Part shown: positions 1 to 11,065 of the stretch, one piece after another
Numbering within the stretch: the first letter of the stretch is position 1
How the letters are laid out: each line of letters opens with the position of its first letter
Source: Camelus ferus
Lineage: Eukaryota
Length of the DNA stretch: 64,000 bases
Direction of reading: 5' to 3'
Assembly: GCF_009834535.1 (NCBI RefSeq)
Contig: NC_045697.1
Span: 46,874,001-46,938,000, forward strand
Made by a program: the position numbers and the translations under genes
Notes under the pieces: model-generated
What the model was told of the DNA's origin: nothing
Seen by the model: only the letters and a program-made list of their open reading frames with translations
The model's database searches: none

Positions 1-182
1 CTCTGCCATGTATTCTCTGAGTGAATTTAGGCAAGTGATTACTTCTTGGTCCTCAGTTTCCTAATCAATGAAGTAATGATAGTATCTAACTGATGGTGTT
101 ATTGTAAAGATTAAATTAGGCACTGCATGTAAAGGACTTTACATAGCAGCTGGCTAAGGTAGGTTAAAGGTCAGTTATTATC
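1..182 (+). mobile_element. MIR SINE fragment
   Basis: Diverged match to the MIR core: ggcaagtgattac...cctcagtttcct...aagattaaat...catgtaaag. Confidence 0.8.
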
Positions 183-569
183 TTCTTATAACTATGATAG
201 AACTAGATGAACAAGAGAAGATGGAGCCCAGAAATCTTGATTCCCAGCAAGAGTAAATTTCTTTAAGAAGAGAAAAACAATGAGTTATTTTTGTGCTCAG
301 AATAAATACTTTCATTTTGATTATAGATACTGATCACTTCATTTTGTTATGGTTTTTCACTATAATTAGAATAAAAGTAGTAACCAAAACATAAATCTAA
401 AAGTTCTGGAAATGTTTATATTTAGATGTTATGAAATGGAGTTTTTACAAAATATAATCTTAAATTCAATCCCAACTTTGAGAAAACTACAGTTCAACCT
501 AGTTGAATCTATCTTCTCTATGAAGTTGATTTATTCAAGCTGGTTCTTTTATTTTCTCTGATGAGTCAC

Positions 570-752
570 TAGAGTACTGGTTTTGAAGTAAGACATAGGT
601 GGGTTTGATTTTCAGTTCCTCCATGCACACCTTAATTTCTTTATCTTTAAAATGGGAATAACTCCTATTGCCCTGAGTTATCATTTAAGAATTTGAGGTA
701 AGATATATAAAGAACCTAATAGAGTAAGTGTACAGTAAGTAGCGACTGTTAG
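570..752 (+). mobile_element. MIR SINE fragment (diverged)
   Basis: MIR-like blocks tttctttatctttaaaatgggaataac and gatatataaag. Confidence 0.6.
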
Positions 753-902
753 TCCTGTGGACACCAAACCACGAATCTCTCAAATTTCGAAGCAGTTCTA
801 AATACAGTATTCTTTTTACATTTACTCCTGGCCAACAAAAATTATTCTGAAAAATATTTTATATTAAATCAACTGCCAAACATTATGATTTAGCAAAAGC
901 AC

Positions 903-1110
903 CTGGTTGAATTTAGAGTTCTGAAGTCAGACTAGGTGGTTATATCAGCCCTGCCCTTTGTTAGCTGTGTAACCTTCCTTAATTTCTCTATGCCTCAGTT
1001 TCCTCATGTATAAAATGGTGATAATACCAACTTAAGAAACTGGATGAGTTAATGTTTGTAAAGCAGTTAGTACAAGGCCTGTCACATAAAAAGCTCTAAA
1101 TAAATATTTG
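903..1110 (+). mobile_element. MIR SINE
   Basis: ttagctgtgtaacctt...ctctatgcctcagtttcctcatgtataaaatgg...gtaaagcagttag matches the MIR consensus. Confidence 0.85.
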
Positions 1111-1669
1111 AACAATAAATAAATAAGTGTATATGTCACTTGGAAACATATTTTCTTGATCGACCTGTTTCTTCTAAGAAAAAGGTCAAGGTTTTTCCAA
1201 TATTCCTCTCAAGTCCCATTAACCCTAAGACAATGTTATGTACCTCACTCATAAATTAATTAACAAATATTTATTTAACAAATATCTATTGAATACTTAA
1301 TGCATTTCAGGCCCTATGGTATCTCTCAAGGGAGCTAAGACATGTAGACAATATTTACTATATGGTAATTGCTATGCTCTACAAACTAGATTGATCCATG
1401 GTGTCCCTTGCTCTATAGACCTTTTAATTTTAATTTTCACTCTTAGATGGTGCTAAGGATAACTTACAATGGAAATTTAACAACTATAAAAGAAAACCAA
1501 TATATTTTTTATTGACACCGAGGATGTAAAAGGAACTGAGGAAATAGTTGAAAGGTCTGAAAATGTTTTGTTCCTCTTTATGGATTATGACAAGCTACAG
1601 GAGACTCTTTTGTGATGGACAGAAGATAGATAAACAGAAATGCTTCCCTCTTGAAAGATGTCTGTACAA

Positions 1670-1800
1670 TCTAAAACAATTAATCTTGCCGGAGTCAGTC
1701 AGCTCTAATGGAGCTGCCTGGCACGGGCCATTTATCAAAGCCCACCAATCCATCACACAGGCCCAGACACACCGCTTGACAGGTCTGCCACTCCTGCCAC
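1670..1800. promoter_or_regulatory. Candidate PBX-HOX/MEIS developmental enhancer
   Basis: Repeat-free block with retained CpGs. Minus-strand TGATAAATGG (1728-1737) and TGATGGATTG (1746-1755), plus TGACAG (1777-1782). Confidence 0.55.
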
Positions 1801-2129
1801 ATGCCTAGATGCCTGGGAATCTGTGTAAGGCAGAGCAAGCCCTGGGAAGTTATTTATGTTTGCCTTAAAAGAGGGACTCTAAAGCTATTCATATTCAATG
1901 CTATTGATTCTAATGAAGATGTCAACAGAAAACTACCTCCTCTCCTGACACAAAGCTCATCCATTTTGACAAATAAAAGTCTGACAATGTGTCCTCCTCT
2001 CAAACTCAAAAGCCTAGCCATGAAAAAACACATTCTTGTCAGCGTATTTTCTATTATCTCTCATTTAAATAAGTAAGTAAAACCCTTATTAGAGCTGACA
2101 TCTCCTAAAGCTACTGTCCCTATTTTTAA

Positions 2130-3483
2130 AAGTATTTCTTCACTTCCCATTTTTTCTTGAATATTCTCCAGTCAGACTTTCATTACTCTGTTGAAATTAT
2201 TTATGTCAAGGTCACCAACTACATACTTCTTGCCATATCCAGTAACCAAATTTTAGTTCTCCTTCCTCTCTCTCTCAACACTTTCTTCACTTCACTTCTA
2301 GAAAACTAACTGGTTTTCCTCCTACTTCATTGACCATTTCTTCTAGATCTCCTTTGCTGGTTTCTCTTCTTTTTAACAGCTAGACATTGGTGTGCTCCAG
2401 AACTCAGTCTTCAGCCTCTTCACTTCTCTATACTTACTCCCTAGGTGATCTCATCCTGTCCGGTGGCTTTAAATACTATTAACATACAACAGATTCTACA
2501 ATTTGGTAACTCCATCTTGAACCACTCCCAAACACCATACTTTTATACCTGTTGCCTATTTGATAACTCTGCTTGAATGTTTAAGAGGCATCCAAGCTTA
2601 ATATATCCAAACTAGAACCACTGATTTTCTCCCCAAATATAATTATCTCTTAGTCTTTCCTATCTTAGTAAATGTTATGTGTCCTGACACCCATGTCAAA
2701 AACCTTGCAGTCATGGTTGACTCTTCTTTTATCCTCACCACACTCCTTATGCAGTCGACCAGAAGTCCTATTTGCTTTAACTTCAAAATATATCCCAGGT
2801 CCAACTACTTCTCACCACTTCTCCTGTGCTTCATCCCAGCTATCACCATCTCTCATTTTGACAACTTCAAGAGCCTCCTAACTGGCCTCCATGCATTCTC
2901 TCTGGCCCTTCTTCAATATATTCTTCATTCATATGTACTTTAAAAAAGTATATGTCATGTCTTTCAACACATTTTAATGGTTCCCTATTGTACTTGAATT
3001 GACTCTAAATCCTTCACCATGACCTTGGATGCCTTGTGTGCTCTGGGCCCTATTTCTTTAAGGTCATCTCATTCTACTTCTCTCACTCCTTTTTGGCTTC
3101 ATTGGCCCTCTTCCTGATCCTCAAATGTTTTCTTGCCCTACAACATTGACTTTTCCTCAGACACACTTCCTTCATAGCCACAACATGAATCTCTTCTCTT
3201 CACGTTATTTAGTTATCTAATCAAATTTCACTCTTTAGAGAGGCTTTTCTCAATCAATTTCCTTCCTTCCATCATTCTCTATGTCATTACTGTACCTTAT
3301 TTTTTATGTAGCATTTACCTACAATTTATATTACATTTCTGTATCTATTTGTTTATTATCTACCTCCTCAAATATATATTCCATGAAGACAAATATTCAA
3401 TCTTTTTTGTTCCCCTTTATTTCCCTAGTTCTGAAGTGTCCCTGGTACATTTTAGGTACTCAGTGAATAGTATTTAATGAGTG
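2130..3483 (+). mobile_element. L2 LINE, 3' portion
   Basis: Typical L2 blocks (gtcaaggtcaccaa, ccctaggtgatctcatcc, gcctcctaactggcctcc) ending in an L2 3' tail (cctggtacat...tactcagtgaata...aatgagtg). Confidence 0.85.
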
Positions 3484-4625
3484 TATCTTTAAAATTAAAG
3501 CACTGAGATAAGTAATCTATTAAGGTCCCTTCTTATTCTCAAATCCTCTGGTTTCAAGTCATTCAGTGCTGTCTCCTATAAGAACTACTATTGAGTTTCA
3601 ATTTCCCATGAAGTAATGTTTGGGAGAATATGATAGACAAGACTGTGAGGAAACCATACAAGGGAAAACTGGAATGAAAAATTGAGGGGCAGTGAGGAGG
3701 TTGTGAAAGTCCCTGAAATTCAGTGGTGACAAAAAACATCTGCAAAAAAATGGCTTCTAAGTGAACAATCAAAGGTTTATGATACAGACTTAGTAATGAT
3801 CTTCCCTGTTATGGATGGCTTCCTAAGCCAGACAAACTACCACTCTCTCCTGGACCTATTAAGATGAACTATTGGAATACCTATGGATGGTTGCAATGAT
3901 CAGTCCAAATCTCCCCAGCCCTGAACTTTTTCATGATCTGTTTTTCACTGCTTTCTAAGCCACACTCACCTCTGAACTCCTGGCTTTAGTACCAGAGCCT
4001 AAAATTTTACCTCTGCAGCAGCACAGTTGATGTTTGGATGTTCTTATACCCCTGACTTCACTAAGACTCCAGATCTCTGGAGCCCACGACCTTCTGGGGG
4101 GTCTTCTTGCCTTACCTCTGCCTCAAGAAACCAAAACTGGGCCCCAGTCACTCAGGCAACACTCACTGGACCAGCCCTGGTTGTCTTGAGAGAGGGCTGA
4201 TTCTGACTGATTAGGAAAAAAGAATCAAATTTCTAGATCAAAAGGAATCTGAATTCTAAGTGAATCTCTTGAGCAAATTTATAAACCTAATGATTAGTGG
4301 ATTTAGTCACATTCAAGGTCTTTTTGCATTCTTTAGACAAGTGTACTAATTTGTTGAACGAAAGATGCATGGTAAGTGCATAGCTCACTATTCGGCGTGA
4401 GCTGTGATTATTAGTACATGATTGTAAATTGCTTCAGGGACAGAAGTAAGCAAGTTCAACTGAAGAATTTAATTACATTTTTCAAAGTGTGTTAAGTAAG
4501 TCTGTTTTAAAGACTTTTTTGCTACTTACTTTTCATAAATGGACTACTCTTTCTTTTTTCCTGAAGATATCCCTAAATTTTTCTTTTTATTTGTCCATTT
4601 AGCTGAAATCCTAAATTGCATCTTA

Positions 4626-5273
4626 TAATATAAAAGAACTTATTTACAAAATAGAAACAGAGTCATAAACATAGAAAACAAACGTATGGATACCAAAAGG
4701 AAGTGGGGGGAGGGATAAATTAGAAGTTTCAGATTAGCAGATACTCAAACAAACAAACAAACAAACAAACAAAGCATAAATACAAAACAGAAATAGACTC
4801 ATAGACATAGAATACAAACTTGTGGTTGCCAAGGGGGCAGGGAGTAGGAAGAGATAGACTGGGATTTCAAAATTGTAGAATAGATAAACAAGATTATACT
4901 GTATAGCACAGGGAAATATATACAAGATCTTATGGTAGCTCACAGAGAAAAAAATGTGACAATGAGTATATATATATGTTCATGTATAACTGAAAAATTG
5001 TGCTCTCCACTGGAATTTGACACAATATTGTAAAATGATTATAAATCAATAAAAAATGTTTAAAAAATTAGCAGATACTAACTACTATATATAAAATAGA
5101 TAAACAACAAGGTCCTAGTGTATAGCACAGGGAGCTATATTCAATATCTTGTAACAACCTATAATGAAAAAGAAGGTGAAAATTAATGTATATGTATAAC
5201 TGAATCACAATGCTGTACACCAGAAACTAACACATTTTAGAACAACTAAACTTCAATTTAAAAAAAAAATAAA
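4626..5273 (+). mobile_element. Older cetartiodactyl-type L1 3' UTR fragment, interrupted by a younger L1
   Basis: L1 3' UTR motifs (gataaacaacaaggtcctagtgtatagcacaggg; tgctgtacaccagaaactaacac) and an A tail. Degenerate TSD aaatcctaaattgcatctta (4606-4625) / aaatcttaattgtatctta (5274-5292). Confidence 0.85.
4746..5066 (+). mobile_element. Young L1 3' end nested in the older L1
   Basis: Perfect 13-bp TSD attagcagatact (4733-4745 and 5067-5079). Near-identical to the reverse complement of 17670-18010. Confidence 0.92.
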
Positions 5274-6574
5274 AAATCTTAATTGTATCTTAAAAGATTC
5301 TTTTAAATTAATGTTCAGAGCATTTCTATTTAAAAAAACTGCTTAAATTATCTCTTTTAAGAGCAACAACAGAATGTTTAAATGGAATACTTTTGTCTTG
5401 AAAACATATCATAGAGATAGGAACATTAACAATTATCAACAATTTCAGTGCACCAAATATTGTCTTACTAAGAAGCAGATAATGGAGAAATACTAAGTGA
5501 AAGGGAAAATAAACAAAGTGCTAAATAAAAAGTTAGGCAGTGTATCTGTCACTCATTCATGTATACTAATGTTTTATGGTTTAGTCATTGGAAGTAGTCT
5601 AACGAAGCAGGACTGGTGGGATATCAGTGAGCTTGTCTCCTAGAGAAGACAATAAGCATACAAGAAATGCAGTGCTGAACAAGGCAGATGAGTTATTTTC
5701 TCTCATGGAACTTACAGTTTAGTGGTGAGGGGAAGGGAGGGGAACATGCAATTAAAAAAAAATAAAAGAACAAGATACTTTGAAAGATTAAATTATTTCC
5801 CAGTTATCCATCTTTCAAACATTATTGACGTAAGTGTGTATGTGACAGGGAAGGGACAGGAACCATGTATTTTCTGTCTTAGTTTCCCCTGACAATTTTG
5901 TCAAGATCTTTTTAAGATAACTGGTAAAGGGCACACCATCTCCATGATTTCTTCATCTTCTTTGAAGCTGCTCTAGGCATGAATAACCATCAAGGCAGCC
6001 CTTTTCCAACTAAGTCCATGATATGAAGGTCAGTGGAAAGATCCTGAGGTCTTCAGAACCTGAAAACATCTTTCATGGTGTGTTGTGCTCCGGGGCTTTC
6101 TCTCAACCACTCGTACAACTAGCAAGAGTCCTGCATTAATCTCAGACCATTGTCCAGAGACTTCCAACTTGATCCAATCCCATAAAATGACTTTGGTAAC
6201 TTAAAAAGCATTTAACCCCTGAGGTTGATTCATAACTAGAGGAAATCCCATTTTTGAGTAGGTCTAGTAAGCAGTAGGATTCCTTAAACTAGCCAAAGAC
6301 TAATTCTTTTCTATAATTAGAAATGGCTAAAGGGAATTTTAATCTTCTCTCCTTCCTGAAAGCCATCTCACAGGTCAGTGGTAACCCATCCTGGTGGCTC
6401 CTATTGACATGAATGCTTTAACTACCATGTAGCCAATAGGTCTACTGTATCCCTGACATATGGTTCATATTCAAGGTTAAGAATCAAATCCCAAAGTGGA
6501 TAACATCCACTAAGATATTTGGAATAAAATCTCCTAGGCATACAAAATTTCTTCCAAATCTCACAGGTAGGTGG

Positions 6575-7395
6575 TGTATAAGTAATGACAGAATGATTAA
6601 ACAGAAAACACAAAGTAATTTCAACAGGGACAGTTTAATATAAGGATTATAAATATAGCTAACTATAATGGAATAAAAAATGCTAAACTCTGGGACTGAG
6701 GCAGAATACTCAGTGAAGGAATAAATTTGGAAGACGATCCTTTCTCTAACTTTGCAGTTCAGACCTTATCAGGGAAGGTATTATGGAAGCCACTGAATCC
6801 CAGAGAAGTTCACTGAGTTCTCCCAGACTGACTCCCGATTGCTAGATAATCAGGAACTATCCCTCCAGGTGTCAGATGATCTGAAGTTGGCAGACAAGGA
6901 ATTGCAGTCAGAACTATCAAGCCAGAAATACCTTCTCGAGTGTAGGCGGGCTGAGACTGGCAGGCAGGGAACTATAGTTGGAACTAACAAGCAGGAAATG
7001 CCATTCCAAGGTGCAGGTGAACCACTTCTGTGAAACCTAACTGCTGAAGTGTTTACAAAACTCACTGGGAATCTGCCCATGGGTGTGCCTGTGAAACTTG
7101 ACAGGAAGCCATCCACCAGATTCCACTGAAACTCAATGAGAATGGGTACCACTAGATGTCCCCACATGTGCCACCGGCAGCCAGGCACCAGGAGCAAGAA
7201 GCAGCATCTGGAGGCAAATTAGAATCAGAGAGGGAACCCCCTTCATCCTGCAGTGTTCCTCCAGTGTCCTCTACTGATAAAATTTAATATTATGTCTGCT
7301 GCAAAAGATAAATGCTCATAGGGTCCATCTGCGTTAACGTAAAGCAGGCAATGAAGGGTAGATTTGGAGAGAAGCAAAAATTGGTAATTGTCACA
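6575..7395 (-). mobile_element. ERVL LTR (LTR41-like), 3' LTR of the adjacent provirus remnant
   Basis: TG...CA termini. The minus-strand start TGTGACAATTACCAATT...TCCAAATCTACCCTTCATTGCCTGC and internal TCAGTAGAGGACACTGG resemble LTR41 as recalled. It abuts ERVL internal sequence. Confidence 0.65.
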
Positions 7396-9260
7396 GACCA
7401 TCAGACCACCTCTTTGTCTACTCAGTTTCCACATGCATCCTTCTAAAACATTTGAATTTTCCATACAATAATAACCAACTCTATATTTCCACTTAATAAG
7501 ATTCAGCTATCCTACTTACAAGCGGTAGTTCTTATCCTTCCCCAAAATGAGAAGAGGCATACTCCTAGCAGTCATTGTATCCATTGCTGGTCATGTCAGT
7601 TATTTCTCAAGTTCTGTCATAATTTCACTGAATATGCTGTTACTTAAATACTAAGTTATAAGGGATATTTATCAATTATTATAGGAAATTAAATGGGAAG
7701 AAGAAAGAAGAAAATAGTATATAAAAATGTTACAAGCAAAGAAAATATATAAAGATACTGTGGTCCTTGTTTCTGCAACTAGCCATTAGACTACAGTTGA
7801 TGTCTATGGCTTCCTTCACTATCCATTCCATAGTTGCCTTGCCCGTAGCCAGAACCTCTGCTGGTTACAGTTCTTTGCCTGCTAGAGCAATCTAAATTTT
7901 TATTCCCAAAGAGTCTGAGTCCTAAGTCATCCTGCCTCTTTGTAGTTGCTGTTGTTTTTCAGTGAATTTAGGAATTTTAGGAAAAAAAGAGCATGAAATT
8001 ACTAAAGGGTGCCCCCCAAATTCACTGAATTTCAGGCATTACTCCTTTACCCCCATTGTGTAGCAGCAACTCAATTTCCTCTTGATAATTGGAATCAATC
8101 ACCCCAACCAGAAAAGTAACATCCCTTTTTCTTTTAATCTGTTTCTTTCCAGTGGAATAAGAATCCCAAAATGACCAGGTGGCAGTCTCACCTTCCAATT
8201 CAGTGGAATCATTATTATACCCCCAAATGGAAGCATTCCCCACCCCTCACTGCTACCCCCAACCCCTTTGGTGATTAAGATCCACAGAGAAGCATAGTTC
8301 AAAGTTTCAGGGACAGGATGCAAAACTTCTGTGAGTAGGTTATTTATGTGTTATTTTGAGAAGAGCACAGCAAATCAGTTCCTTGATTCTCAGATGCATA
8401 TGTCCTGGCTATGAAAAAGATAGCCTCATATAATGGCCTCTGACTGATCCTCATCCTTTGAGAGTATTGTCTCCCAACCTACATCATAACTGGCTGGTCT
8501 TGAAAGCCATTTCATCTTTCAATTAAACCAGCCACTTCTGAGTGATGGGAAAAGTGGAAGGGTCAGTTAATTCCATCAGCATGAGCCCATTGGTGTATTT
8601 CTTTTAGTTTCAAATGAGCCCTTGCTCAGACACAATCCTGTATGTAATGCCATGAAGAAGAAAGTCATTATGTTAGTCCATTGCTGGCAGAAACTTTACA
8701 GGCAGGAAGGCAAATCTATATCCAAAATATGCCTATTCCAAGAGATAAATCTCTGTCCCCTTCATGATGGAAGACATCCAGTGTAATTAATCTGCCACCG
8801 AGGGTCTAGGTGGTAACCATGAGAAATGGTATCATATCAAGAGCTCAATATTGGTCTCTGCCATCAGCAGATCAGGTACTCAGCAGCTGTATTAATCAGG
8901 TCAGCCTTGGTATGGGGACACCATGATGCTGAGCCCATGCATAGCCTCTGTCTTTGTTCACAGGCCTGTTAAACAAGCAGTGGAGTAGCTGTGAAAGAAG
9001 CTGACTGGCCGCTATAGAACATGTCATTTTGTCCACTTGACTATTAAGATGGATGCTCTTTGGTGGATATTAACATTAGAAACAAAAATCTTCACAGTCG
9101 ATGCCCATTCTAGGAAGTCCATCAGACTTCCTTGTCACCAATCTTCCTCTCCTGTGCCTTCCAAGTCCCTGACATCTAGCTGAAACATTAACAATGCATG
9201 TGAATTAATGTATTGGTATTTCTGGTTATCTCTCACTCAAGACATAATAGACAACTGAAA
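7396..9260 (-). mobile_element. ERVL internal region (decayed pol 3' end)
   Basis: Contains integrase and dUTPase remnants and is contiguous with the LTR. Confidence 0.85.
8020..8960 (-). pseudogene. ERVL integrase and dUTPase pseudogene (frameshifts and stops)
   Basis: ORF-track peptides IPLNWKVRLPPGHFG and VGVIDSNYQEEIELLLHNGGK are ERVL dUTPase-like. Upstream minus-strand DNA encodes GYAWAQ (about 8930-8948) and AGLIER (about 8515-8535), which are ERVL integrase motifs. Confidence 0.88.
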
Positions 9261-9277
9261 TAGTTAGGGTCGTGAAA

Positions 9278-9955
9278 TGTTAGTGATGTGTACAAATTGC
9301 ATTTCTATAAAGTGAGTAACATTCCATACTGAATCCAGCTTATAAGACTCCCTAGATTCATTTTGTGCTACCTGACTCCCAGGTACTTGGTCAGTGGACT
9401 CTTGGCAGCTGCCACCATCACCTTTAACTTAATACCACTCTCTTAGTCTTCCTCAGAGTGGGGTCTGGACTTAGGTACACCTCTATGGCCCCTGTCATGG
9501 GAGAAAGCACAGCACGTTTACCTGCTCCTGTTCAATTCAACTAGACCACACTAAGAGATGTATGACCTGGATTTCCCCAGCAGATGCCCAAATGGCCACG
9601 AAACACAACCCAGAAGTATAACAACATAAGTGTCCATGGCGTGAATTTTGATCAAGAGAGATAAAGCACCAAGTAGGAGCTGACAAATAAACCCATTCCT
9701 TTTCTCCTGCTGATCATTATTCAAAGGCACATGGATTCCAGACATCATCTCAGGAGACATCCCCCCATGACTGAACAGCTGGCCATATTTTTTTGTGAAT
9801 CTGTAGTCAACTAGTTAACAAATGATTTTTATTTGCTTTCCTTCCTTCTGACCTCATTTCCCTTTTCCTTCACTCTTATTACCTGGGGTTGCAGTCCCTA
9901 ATAGCACATCAGCTTTGTCTTAAACTCTGTTTTCTAGGTAACCTGGGCTAATACA
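9278..9955 (+). mobile_element. Ancient ERVL-class solo LTR (LTR16/LTR33-like 3' end)
   Basis: TGT start. The 3' end ctctgttttctaggtaacctgggctaataca is typical of LTR16/33-type LTRs. Confidence 0.55.
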
Positions 9956-10984
9956 CATCATAATATTTTAGGGGATTTTTTTAAAGGGAAATTGAAATGA
10001 GTCTTTTGTAATGTCCTCAATATAGCATCCCCATTTTCTCTGTTTGTTATACTGAATTTCCATAAATTAGTTTCATTTGATGTATGGTCATCCAAGCTAT
10101 ATTTTGGAATCTCATTCCACAATTTATTTCAAGTTTTAAGTAACAGTAATTTTTCAGTTATAGCATACCTGCCCATTAGAGGTTTAGAGAGCTATAGAAG
10201 GAAGAGGAGGGAATTCACTGAAGATCTCAGTTAAATAACATGGACTCTGAGATTTTTATTTTTTTAATTTTTTTTACTCAGGAAACTGATTTTAATGGCC
10301 AAAATAACAAACCTTTATGGCATTTAACAAACAACCGCTCTTCACCAGTAATCCCAATAGCTTTATCCAGTGGTATTTATTGGATGGCTGAAGACAATAC
10401 TGAAACTGTGCTTCTTTCGTCCAACAAATGGAAAACCCAGATGCCAAGGTGAAATAGATTTGTTCCTTGGTAGTAGCTACAGCAGCTGTCTACTTGGCAT
10501 GTTCCTTAGAAAGCTTTGAAGTTGCCTAGGATACAGACTTCATAAACTGGGATCCTGCAGAGCCTTTAAAAGATGTTTTTTAGGTGCAAACCCCATATAG
10601 ACATTGGCAATACAGCTTCTATCTTACACATATATGATGAACTGATTTGCTAATCTGTGGAAACAAGGAATATAACAAATGCTCCAAATTATGGCACCAG
10701 ATAAACTTCACATGTTTCTGTCATGACAAGGAAAATGAGACCTATGAATGAAGATTAGAAGTAAACATTTGAGGATCACATTCTGGAACCAGGTTTTCTG
10801 CAATGCTTAGACCTAAGTTTGTGTTTTCACTAATCTTCAATTATTATATAAAACTGCCCTCAGTACTTGCTACTAGTTTAAAAAGCAAAGAGAAATCAGA
10901 CTAACACAATCCTAATTACAACATATTATTAAACACTGTCAAAATGAAGAGGATTGCCCACTTATGTGACAGGTGACAGTGTTT

Positions 10985-11065
10985 TAACCATTGAATTCTA
11001 TACTTAAAATGGATGATCTGTGGTATATAAATTATACCTCAATAAAGCTATTTTTTAAAAAAAGT
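10985..11065 (+). mobile_element. Old L1M 3' terminal fragment
   Basis: ccattgaattctatacttaaaatgg...aaattatacctcaataaag followed by an A-rich tail. Confidence 0.75.
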
